Source: Elusimicrobiota bacterium
Lineage (GTDB): Bacteria; Elusimicrobiota; Elusimicrobia; UBA1565
Reading direction: 5' to 3'
Assembly: GCA_043819795.1 (NCBI GenBank)
Contig: JBDREN010000041.1
Span: 1 to 28,179 of the forward strand
DNA: 28,179 bases
The stretch's first letter is position 1, and each line of letters opens with the position of its first letter. Both the position numbers and the translations under genes were made by a program. The notes under the pieces were generated by a model. It was not told the DNA's origin and ran no database searches. It saw only the letters and a program-made list of their open reading frames with translations. Positions 1 to 7,433 of this stretch are shown in pieces.

Positions 1-1
1 C

Positions 2-67
2 GAAGTGCTTTGGCGCGGCATGGCGCGTTTGGCTGATATCGATATGGCTTACAACCTTTACCACTGA
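2..67 (+). CDS. C-terminal fragment of an IS4-family transposase (partial)
   Basis: Frame reads EVLWRGMARLADIDMAYNLYH-stop. 'LWRG..RL.DI' resembles the C-terminal dimerisation region of Tn5/IS50-like transposases. Confidence 0.7.
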   Translation, partial: EVLWRGMARLADIDMAYNLYH

Positions 68-120
68 CGCCTCCATCATGAATCTTCTCAAAAATCCCCA
101 TCTCCCCTTGTGCTCAAAAT

Positions 121-139
121 AGTTGTGGGTAAAGATTAG
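121..139. repeat. Putative right terminal inverted repeat of the IS
   Basis: AGTTGTGGGTAAAGATTAG matches 12/19 positions of the IS50 outside end (ACTTGTGTATAAGAGTCAG, recalled from memory). GC content rises immediately after it. Confidence 0.6.
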
Positions 140-259
140 CCTTCGGGGGAGAGGGGAATCCGTCCCTCAGGCCGCGTACGAACCGCGCTGACGCGACTCT
201 CCTACGACACGACGCCGCAACGGCAGAGCCTCAGAGAGTCAACCGACGGAAACGGTGGC

Positions 260-460
260 TTACCATACGGCTTTGTCTGGGTGTCCCATTGAGGAAGTCA
301 GGTCGTGCGAGTAGGTCCGCTCGAACCCTACGATATTCTCCCGGCCGGACACGGCCTTGTCCAGGAATTCGCCGGTGCGGGTATACGCGAAATAGGCCCC
401 CGCCAGCAGGCCCAGTCCCACCAGGCCGAAAACGGGGAAGATGCTCTTCATAGCTCTCAT
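260..460 (-). pseudogene. Short membrane-protein ORF, probably a truncated DUF3592-like protein (66 aa)
   Basis: Good SD (GGAGG) and a sigma70 promoter. N-terminal TM helix IFPVFGLVGLGLLAGAYFAY followed by 'T.EFLDKA', then an early stop in compositionally different sequence. Confidence 0.4.
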
Positions 461-491
461 GACGGCGCCTCCGCGGCGCGAGTCTCAGCAA

Positions 492-520
492 AGCATAGAA
501 GGACTCCGGGGGCGCGTCAA
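492..520 (-). promoter_or_regulatory. Sigma70-type promoter for the 260-460 ORF
   Basis: TTGACG-17 nt-TATGCT on the minus strand. Confidence 0.6.
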
Positions 521-701
521 GGTCCTCAGCGCCGGTCGCGCGGAGCGCCGACCGGTCGCTTACACCGCCAGGTTATCAGGAATGGGTCGCCCGCCAAAGG
601 CGGGCGGAGATTCTCGATAGCGCGGAGGTCTAAGCGCCTCAAGCGCGAGACGTTTGAGGCGCTTGATCGGGAGGTCCACCTATGGCTGGGCGGCCGGGAT
701 T
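521..701 (+). ncRNA. Candidate structured RNA or palindromic element of unknown family
   Basis: Nested helices in one register (557-562/631-636, 564-566/627-629, 572-577/616-621, 579-583/610-614), an apical helix offset by one base (588-595/599-606), a second hairpin (632-645/651-664), and outer G.U-rich pairing. Confidence 0.35.
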
Positions 702-723
702 CGGCTAAGATATCGCTGAAGTC

Positions 724-3700
724 ATGAACCGGGCGCGGCTGCTGCTCACCTTCTTTCTCGCCGGCGGGTTCTCCCAGGTCGTGCAGGCCCTCATGGGCCG
801 GGAGATGCTCGTCGTCTTCTACGGCAACGAGATAAGCCTCGGTCTCTTCTACGGCTTCTGGCTGCTCTGGATCGCGGTCGGCAGCTGGGCAGCCGGGAGG
901 CTCGCCGCCGGGCTCCGGCGTCCGCTGACCGCCTTCTCGCTGCTCATGGCGCTCTTGCCCGCGGCTTCGGCCGGCGCCATCCTGCTCCTGCGCGTCTGCC
1001 GCCGCTTCATCGACGTCTCGCCGACGCAGTTCGTCCCGCTCGACCAGCTCGCGTTGTGGAGCCTCGCGGTGACGTTCCCGGTGGGGGTCCTGGTCGGCGC
1101 GGCTTTCCCTCTGGCGTGCCGCGCGCTGAATAAAGAGGAGGATATACCCAGCGTCTACATCTTCGACGCGCTGGGCGGGCTGGCCGGCGGGGCGCTATTC
1201 ACGTTCTTCCTGGTGGACCGGATCTCGGCCTGGCAGACGCTCGGCGCGCTGAGCGCGGCGCTGGGCCTGGCGCTCCTCGCGCTCCCCCGAGGAGAGGGCA
1301 AGGCCGGGCTCTGGATCGGGCGGGCGTTGGGCGCGGCCTGGGCCGTCTGCGGGTTGGCGGTCCTGCTGACGCCGGCGGGCGACCGCCTCACCGCGCGGGC
1401 CGACGCGCTCCGTTGGGGTTCGATCCTGCCGAAGCTCGAGCTCGTCGAGACCTTCGACACGCCGTACCAGAACCTCGCCATCGCCCGGCTCGGTGATCAG
1501 ACCATCGTGGTGGCCGACGGCAAGGTGACGGCCAGCTTTTCTGAGCGGATCGTGCCCGCGGTCCAGGCGTCGCTCCTCTTCGGCCAGCACCCCAAGGCCA
1601 AGCGCGTCCTTCTCGTCGAAGGGGCGGCGGGCGGGCTGATACCCGAGCTGCTCAAGTACCCGGTCGAGAGGATCGACTGCGTCGAGCCGGACGAGCGGGC
1701 TTTCGAGCGGATCCGGGAGCACGTGCCGGCGGACTGGAAGAAGGCGTTCGCCGACAAGCGGGTGCGCTTCCACTTCGCGGACCCGCGGCTGTTCTTCAAT
1801 CGGCTGGCCGACGACGAGGGATACGACCTCATCGTCGTTTTGGTGCCGGATCCGGCCACCGCGAGTCTGAACCGCTTCTTCACCAAGGAGTTCTACGAGG
1901 CCGCGGGCCGGGCGCTCGCGGGCGGCGGGGTATTCATGACGGAGGTGACCTCCGCGTCCAACTACCTGGGGCGCGAGGTGAAGAGCTACAACGCATCGGT
2001 CTACCGGACCCTGCGCGAGGTCTTCGAGGACGTCCGGGTCACGCCGGGGGACTCCAACTATTTCTTCGCCTCGGACAAGAAGGGAAAGCTCACTCTCGAC
2101 CCGGCGGCGCTGGCGCTCCGCTACATGAGCGTCCGGGTCCGCGAGCGCGCCATCCCCCGGGAGGCGTTCTTCTCCATCCTGCCCAAGGACCGCGTGGCCT
2201 TCGTGGAGGGCAGCCTCAAGGAGCAGGGCGGGGAGCTCAATACGGACCTCAGACCGGTCACCTACTACCTGAACATGCTGCTGTGGGGGCGGTTCTCGGG
2301 CTCGGAGTGGGTCGGCGCTCTGGAGACGATCCGGCGCGTCGGCGGACGGTTTTTCCTGCTGCCCCTCGTCATCTTCATCCTTTTTCGGCTGGGCTACGGG
2401 CTCACGGAGGAGGACCGGTCCCGGGAGCGGCGCTTCTCGGCCGGGACCGCGATCGTGGCGCTGGGCTTCACGGCCATGGCGCTGGAGCTCGTGCTGCTGT
2501 TCACGTTCCAGAGCTTCTTCGGCCATATCTACAAGAAGGTGGGGCTGCTCAACGGCTTGTTCATGGCCGGCTTGGCTTCGGGCGCCTTCGCCGCCGTGCG
2601 GGCCGGGGCGGGGCGTTCGGCCGTCCCGGGCCGCTGGCTTTTGGCGGCGGCGGCCGCCGCCGCGGGTTACGCATGGATGCTGCCGCGCCTTCTGGAGCTT
2701 GTCCGGCCGTTGGGCGCGGACGCGGCGGAAGCGGCCTACTGGGGACTGGTGTTCGCGTCGGGGGCGTTCACCGGCGCGGGCTTTCCGCCCGCCGTCCGGC
2801 TCCACCACCGGGGGGCCGGCGACGTGGGGCGGACGTCGGGGGCGATCGACGCGGCGGACCACATGGGCGGCATGCTCGGCGGGCTCGTGACCGGCACCTG
2901 CCTGGTGCCGCTTCTGGGAGTGGAGAGTTCCTGCCGGCTGGCCGCGACCGGGCTCGCCTTGAGCTGCCTGCCTCTGATCCTGCTCGAGCTCAAGGGGGTG
3001 GGCGCGGTCCGCAGCCTGGGAGAGCGGCTTTCCGGACTTCCCGTGCTCCGTTTCCGGGAGCGCGCCTTTGTCTCCTTTCCTCCCCGGCGGACGAGCTGGG
3101 TCCTGGCTGGGCTCGCCGTCACGGTCTGGGCCATGAGCGCCGCGGTCAAGCAGGGGGGGAGGCCCGCTTTGGTGGAGTTCTCCGATGCGGAGCTCACGGG
3201 CGTCACGAGACTGCGGCGCTTCGAGCGCCACGAGGAGCCGTTTCCGTATTACCGCGGCGTGAGCGAGCGGGGGGGCGAGTCGGGGGCCGCGTTCAGCACC
3301 TTCCCGCACTCCTCGGAGGTCAAGGGCTACTCGGGCCCGATCAACCTGCTGCTGGGACTTTCCGGGAAGGGGGAGGTCCTGGGGCTCAAGCTGGTGGAAA
3401 GCCGCGAGACGCCCTCCTACATAGAGGGCATCGACGCCTGGCTCTCGTCCTTCAAGGGACTGGACACCACGGGAACGCTCCGCCTGGGCCGGGAGATCGA
3501 CGCGTTGTCCGGCGCCACGGTGACCTCCCGCGCGGTGGTCGAGATCGTCAACCGCTCCTCCGAGGCGGTGGGCGAGCGCGTCCTGGGGCTGACGGTGCGG
3601 CGCGACCGGGTCCGGCGGCCCTGGACCGAGCCGCTGAAGACGCTCAAGTTCTGGGTCATCGCCGGGTTCCTGGCGCTGTTCTTCCCCGTGTACCTGAAGG

Positions 3701-4383
3701 GCGGCGAGCGGGCGCGCTTCGCCTATCTCGCGGGCGCGGTGTGCGTGATGGGCATCGCGTACAACACGCTCTTCTCGCTGGTGGACATCGCCAACGTCTC
3801 GGAAGGGCGCCTGCCCGGCCCGGACAACGCCGTCTGGTTCGTCCTGGCCGGCTTCATCCTGATCACCTCGCTTCTATGGGGACAGGCGTACTGCGGGTTC
3901 GTATGCCCGTTCGGCGCGCTCCAGGAGCTCCTGTGGAGCCTGGGGCAGCGCGCCGGGCTCAAGTCCTGCGCGATGCGCTGGCTGGACCAGGGCGCGCGCT
4001 ACGTCAAGTTCCTTCTGCTGACGGCGGCCTTATGCCTGTTCTGGATCACGGCCGAGACCGCTTGGATCACCTTCAGCCCGCTGCAGCATTTTTTCGCGTT
4101 GAAATTTTCCAAGGTCATGGCTATCCTAGTGGGGGTGGCGCTGTCCGCGTCGGTGCTGTATTTCCGTTTCTGGTGCCGCTACTTCTGCCCCGCCGGCGCG
4201 TTCCTGGCGCTGTCCAACAAGCTGGCGCTGGCGCGGCGCTGGGCCCCGAAGCGGGAGTTCAGCCTCTGCGATCAGGGCGTGCACGCCGAGTACGACGTGG
4301 ACTGCCTCCAGTGCCAGCGCTGCGTGCATCATCCGGCTTATGCGAGCAAGAACGCCGAGAGTCCTGAGAAAAAGGGATCTTAA
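724..4383 (+). CDS. Multi-pass membrane fusion: spermidine-synthase-like (fused MFS/SpeE-type) region + FMN-binding flavinylation domain + NosR/NapH-like 4Fe-4S membrane domain
   Basis: Many TM helices. SpeE-like motifs (TPYQNL, P..KRVLLVEGAAGG, IDCVEPD, YDLIVVLVPDP, NTDLRP); FMN_bind motifs (GYSGPI, RETPSY, IDALSGATVTS); Cys motifs CGFVCPFG, CRYFCPAG, CLQCQRC. Confidence 0.85.
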   Translation: MNRARLLLTFFLAGGFSQVVQALMGREMLVVFYGNEISLGLFYGFWLLWIAVGSWAAGRLAAGLRRPLTAFSLLMALLPAASAGAILLLRVCRRFIDVSPTQFVPLDQLALWSLAVTFPVGVLVGAAFPLACRALNKEEDIPSVYIFDALGGLAGGALFTFFLVDRISAWQTLGALSAALGLALLALPRGEGKAGLWIGRALGAAWAVCGLAVLLTPAGDRLTARADALRWGSILPKLELVETFDTPYQNLAIARLGDQTIVVADGKVTASFSERIVPAVQASLLFGQHPKAKRVLLVEGAAGGLIPELLKYPVERIDCVEPDERAFERIREHVPADWKKAFADKRVRFHFADPRLFFNRLADDEGYDLIVVLVPDPATASLNRFFTKEFYEAAGRALAGGGVFMTEVTSASNYLGREVKSYNASVYRTLREVFEDVRVTPGDSNYFFASDKKGKLTLDPAALALRYMSVRVRERAIPREAFFSILPKDRVAFVEGSLKEQGGELNTDLRPVTYYLNMLLWGRFSGSEWVGALETIRRVGGRFFLLPLVIFILFRLGYGLTEEDRSRERRFSAGTAIVALGFTAMALELVLLFTFQSFFGHIYKKVGLLNGLFMAGLASGAFAAVRAGAGRSAVPGRWLLAAAAAAAGYAWMLPRLLELVRPLGADAAEAAYWGLVFASGAFTGAGFPPAVRLHHRGAGDVGRTSGAIDAADHMGGMLGGLVTGTCLVPLLGVESSCRLAATGLALSCLPLILLELKGVGAVRSLGERLSGLPVLRFRERAFVSFPPRRTSWVLAGLAVTVWAMSAAVKQGGRPALVEFSDAELTGVTRLRRFERHEEPFPYYRGVSERGGESGAAFSTFPHSSEVKGYSGPINLLLGLSGKGEVLGLKLVESRETPSYIEGIDAWLSSFKGLDTTGTLRLGREIDALSGATVTSRAVVEIVNRSSEAVGERVLGLTVRRDRVRRPWTEPLKTLKFWVIAGFLALFFPVYLKGGERARFAYLAGAVCVMGIAYNTLFSLVDIANVSEGRLPGPDNAVWFVLAGFILITSLLWGQAYCGFVCPFGALQELLWSLGQRAGLKSCAMRWLDQGARYVKFLLLTAALCLFWITAETAWITFSPLQHFFALKFSKVMAILVGVALSASVLYFRFWCRYFCPAGAFLALSNKLALARRWAPKREFSLCDQGVHAEYDVDCLQCQRCVHHPAYASKNAESPEKKGS

Positions 4384-4648
4384 GTTCGTCGCGCTGTGCG
4401 CGGCCACGCTGGCCCTGGTGGGGGTCTACGTCCGGGACTCCCTTCTGGTCAGCGAGACGGCTCAGAGCGGATTCCGCAAGATCGACTTTCCCGCCGTGCG
4501 GCGCATGATCCGCAAGGGGGAGCTCGTGGACCGCGAGGCCATGTACTACCGGGCCGCGGAGGCGCGGCCGGACGAGGCCTTCGGCGGGACGGAAGCCTTC
4601 AACGCCCAGGCCTCGCGGGCAGGTGCCGGCGCGGAGGCGGCGCCGTGA
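4340..4648 (+). CDS. Small single-TM protein with a GELVDREAMYY motif (exact start uncertain)
   Basis: Overlaps the upstream stop. Its TGA overlaps the GTG start of the radical SAM gene (GTGA at 4645-4648). Basic N-terminus followed by a hydrophobic helix; normal codon usage. Confidence 0.7.
   Translation: MRARTPRVLRKRDLKFVALCAATLALVGVYVRDSLLVSETAQSGFRKIDFPAVRRMIRKGELVDREAMYYRAAEARPDEAFGGTEAFNAQASRAGAGAEAAP
4555..4639 (+). repeat. Dispersed repeat copy 1 (core 4584-4620), flanked by a 10-bp direct repeat
   Basis: 4584-4620 matches 13277-13313 at 33/37 nt, the first 23 identical. CGCGGAGGCG occurs at 4555-4564 and 4630-4639, 75 nt apart. Confidence 0.7.
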
Positions 4649-5628
4649 AAAGGGACGTGGTATGCGAGCTCTGCCCCAAGGAGTGCCGGATCCCGGAGGG
4701 CGCGGCCGGCGATTGCCGGGTGCGCGTCAACATGGGCGGCAAGCTCAGGGCGACGACTTACGCGCGGCCGAGCTCCGTCCACATCGACCCCATCGAGAAG
4801 AAGCCTCTTAACCACTTTCTGCCCGCTTCGCGCATATTCTCGATCGCCACGGCGGGCTGCAACCTGCACTGCCGGAACTGCCAGAACTGGCAGCTCTCCC
4901 AGCGCGACGGCGCGCAGATGGAGATGCGCTACCGGGCGGACCCCAAGGACGTGGTGGACGCGGCGATCCGGACCAAGTGCCCATCGATCGCCTACACGTA
5001 CTCGGATCCGGTCGTCTATTACGAGTACGCCTACGACGCGTCCCGGCTCGCCCGGGAGAAAGGCCTGAAGAACGTGCTCGTGACCGCGGGCTATATCAAC
5101 CGGAAGCCGCTCAAGAGGCTGCTGCGGTACATCGACGCGACCAATACGGACCTGAAGTACTTCGAGGACGCCCCTTACCGGAAGTACAGCGATGGGAGCC
5201 TCCAGCCCGTCCTCGATTGCCTGGTCACGCAGAAGGAGATGGGCGTGTGGCTCGAGGTCACGAACCTCGTCATCCCGACCCTGAACGACGATATGGCCAT
5301 GATCCGGCGCATGGCCAAGTGGATGGTCTCGAACCTGGACGAGGACACCCCTCTTCACTTCAGCCGGTTCTTCCCCCAGTACCAGATGCGGAACCTGCCC
5401 TCCACGCCGGTGGCGACCCTGCTTCGGGCGCGCAGCGAGGCGCTCGACGCGGGGCTCAAGTACGTGTACATCGGCAATATGCACGGCCACCCGGCGGAGT
5501 CGACGATCTGCCCCACCGACGGCAAGGTCGTCGTGCGGCGCATCGGCTATCATGTGCCGGAGATCCACATCAAGGACGGCAGGTGCGAATACTGCAAGAC
5601 GCCCATCGCAGGGAGGTGGAGCTTATGA
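4645..5628 (+). CDS. amrS: AmmeMemoRadiSam system radical SAM enzyme (327 aa)
   Basis: GTG start with SD GGAGG at 4633-4637. Motifs CELCPKEC, IDPIEKKPL.HF, GCNLHCRNCQNW (CxxxCxxC), HFSRFFP.Y, YVYIGN, C-terminal Cys pairs. Confidence 0.92.
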   Translation: MKRDVVCELCPKECRIPEGAAGDCRVRVNMGGKLRATTYARPSSVHIDPIEKKPLNHFLPASRIFSIATAGCNLHCRNCQNWQLSQRDGAQMEMRYRADPKDVVDAAIRTKCPSIAYTYSDPVVYYEYAYDASRLAREKGLKNVLVTAGYINRKPLKRLLRYIDATNTDLKYFEDAPYRKYSDGSLQPVLDCLVTQKEMGVWLEVTNLVIPTLNDDMAMIRRMAKWMVSNLDEDTPLHFSRFFPQYQMRNLPSTPVATLLRARSEALDAGLKYVYIGNMHGHPAESTICPTDGKVVVRRIGYHVPEIHIKDGRCEYCKTPIAGRWSL

Positions 5629-5792
5629 CGACGGAAGGAGGAGGGCGTGTGTCGCGCAAGGGCTTCCTCGCGCGGCTCGCCGCGGGGGCGGCGGCCCTGC
5701 TGGGCGGCGTTCATTTCGGGCGAGCGGGACGGGAACACGATAGGGACCTGCGCGAGGCCGACTTCTACTCCCCGCACGACCTGGCGGGCTGA
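5625..5792 (+). CDS. 55-aa peptide with a twin-arginine-like N-terminus (SRKGFL) and C-terminal LREADFYSPHDLAG
   Basis: SD GGAGGTG, ATGA overlap with the amrS stop, and TGATG overlap with the next gene. It fills the gap between the two genes exactly. Confidence 0.75.
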   Translation: MTTEGGGRVSRKGFLARLAAGAAALLGGVHFGRAGREHDRDLREADFYSPHDLAG

Positions 5793-7396
5793 TGGCGGCC
5801 AAGCGCGCTCCCAAGGCGTCCGCCGCTCCGGCGCTTTTGCCTGTCGCCGTCCTGTTGTTGATCCCGCTCCTCGTCCATTGCGAGCGGGACAAGCGGCCCG
5901 CCGCGGGCTCGTCCGGCGAGACGTCTCCGGCCGCGTCCGCCCGCGTGCGGCGCAGCCCCTTGGCCGGATCCTGGTACCTCGGCGACGCGGGCAAGCTGCG
6001 CGCCCGTCTCGGCCTCTATCTCGAGCGGGCCGGGAAACCGCGGCTCAAGGGAAGGCCCCTCGCTCTGGTGTCTCCCCACGCGGGCTTCCGGTACTCGGGA
6101 CAGGCCGCGGCCTACGGATTCAAGGCGCTCGAGGGCCGGGACATCCGCCGGGTGGTCGTCTTGGGAGTGAGCCACCGATACCCCTTCCCGGGAGCCTCCG
6201 TCCCCGCCTTCGACCACTACGAGACGCCGCTCGGCCGCGTGCCGGTGGATCGGGAAGCCGCGGACCGGCTGCTCAAGCATCGGCTCTTCGCCTCGCGGTC
6301 CAAGGTCCATGAGGAGGAGCACTCCATCGAGATTCAGCTACCCTTCCTCCAAGTCGTGCTCCCCGAAGGCTTCTCGATCGTGCCGGTGGTCTTCAGCTCG
6401 CTCGATCGCGCCGATTACGCCCCCGCGGCCCGCGAGATACGCAGGTTCGTGGACGACCGGACGGTCGTGGTGGCGAGCTCGGACTTCGTTCATTACGGGA
6501 AACGGTTCGGGTACGCCCCCTTCGAGCGCGAGATACCCCGGAATATCGAGGCTCTGGACCGGGAGGCCATCCAAGCCATCGTGAAAAAGGATTTCGCCGC
6601 CTTCTACGAGCACCACGAACGCACCGGCGCCACGATCTGCGGCCGCGTTCCCATCGGCGTGCTCTTGAACCTTCTTCCGGAGGGTTCGCGGGGCACGCTC
6701 CTGCGCTACTACCGCTCGGGCGAGCTGACCGGGGAGTGGGACGGTTCGGTGAGCTACGCTTCCATCCTGTTCACGGACGGGGCGGGGACGGGCGGGGAGC
6801 CGGACGTCTCGTTCGCGGGCGCCGAGCGCGAGAGCCGCCTGGCGGCGATGCTCAAGCCCGATGAGCAGGGTGAGATCCTGGCGCTGGCGCGCGCCACCGT
6901 GGAGGCGTACGTACGCGAGAAGAAGGCCCCGTCCACCGAGGCCCTGATGGAGAGGGTGAAGGCGGGCCTCAAGAAGGTCATGGGAGTGTTCGTGACCCTG
7001 CGCAAGCACGGCCGTCTGAGGGGCTGCATCGGCAGCATCGTGGGGGTCGAGCCGCTCTACGAGGGAGTGGTCCGCAACGCGGTCAACGCCTGCGCGTTCG
7101 ATCGCCGCTTCAAGCCCGTGACGGCCGATGAGCTGGGCGACATCGAGGTCGAGGTGTCCGTGCTGAGCCCGCTGCGGCGCGTGGAGGGCTATCATAGGAT
7201 CCTGCCCGGCTGGCACGGCGTCGTGCTCAGGAAGGGGGGCAGGTCGGCGGTCTTCCTGCCCCAGGTCGCCATGGAGAACCATTGGGACGTCGAGGAGACC
7301 CTGACGCATCTGGCGCGCAAGGCGGGTCTGGCGGCCGATGCCTGGAAGTCGGAAGCCGAGTTCCACGTGTTCGAGGCGCAGATCATCCCCGAGTAA
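5792..7396 (+). CDS. amrB: Fused AmmeMemoRadiSam protein B (MEMO1-like) and protein A (AMMECR1) with an N-terminal signal or lipoprotein-like leader
   Basis: MEMO motifs AGSWY, PHAG..YSG, GVSH, EHSIEIQLPFL, SSDFVHYG, TICG, VSYAS. AMMECR1 motifs GVFVTL, LRGCIG, D.RF, EVSVLS, FLPQVA. Leader VAVLLLIPLLVHC. Confidence 0.92.
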   Translation: MAAKRAPKASAAPALLPVAVLLLIPLLVHCERDKRPAAGSSGETSPAASARVRRSPLAGSWYLGDAGKLRARLGLYLERAGKPRLKGRPLALVSPHAGFRYSGQAAAYGFKALEGRDIRRVVVLGVSHRYPFPGASVPAFDHYETPLGRVPVDREAADRLLKHRLFASRSKVHEEEHSIEIQLPFLQVVLPEGFSIVPVVFSSLDRADYAPAAREIRRFVDDRTVVVASSDFVHYGKRFGYAPFEREIPRNIEALDREAIQAIVKKDFAAFYEHHERTGATICGRVPIGVLLNLLPEGSRGTLLRYYRSGELTGEWDGSVSYASILFTDGAGTGGEPDVSFAGAERESRLAAMLKPDEQGEILALARATVEAYVREKKAPSTEALMERVKAGLKKVMGVFVTLRKHGRLRGCIGSIVGVEPLYEGVVRNAVNACAFDRRFKPVTADELGDIEVEVSVLSPLRRVEGYHRILPGWHGVVLRKGGRSAVFLPQVAMENHWDVEETLTHLARKAGLAADAWKSEAEFHVFEAQIIPE

Positions 7397-7414
7397 CGTC
7401 CGGGGAAAAAGGGA

Positions 7415-7430
7415 TATACTTACTTCGGAG
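7415..7430 (+). promoter_or_regulatory. -10 box and SD for addB
   Basis: TATACT at 7415-7420, GGAG at 7427-7430, ATG at 7434. Confidence 0.5.
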
Positions 7431-7433
7431 CCT

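Larger units (their letters stand above)
1..139 (+). mobile_element. Right end of an IS4-family (IS50/Tn5-like) insertion sequence, truncated by the window edge
   Basis: Lower GC than the flanking DNA; a transposase-like C-terminus (2-67) followed by a 19-bp IS50-like end at 121-139. Confidence 0.7.

Noticed and set aside
572..621. SAM-I riboswitch (GUUAUC...GAUAGC resembles P1)
   Set aside because: The conserved core (AGA..GGAGGGA..GGCCC, GCAACC, GUGC) is absent and the segment is too short.
305..727. 140-aa plus-strand ORF
   Set aside because: It overlaps the opposite-strand ORF, its promoter and the palindromic segment, and the composition is not protein-like.
4396..4644. N-terminal extension of the radical SAM ORF in the track, or a programmed frameshift fusing it to the upstream small ORF
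   Set aside because: The extension is Gly/Arg-rich junk. GTG 4645 has an SD and a GTGA overlap, and no slippery sequence is evident. Removing the 75-nt insert does not change the frame.
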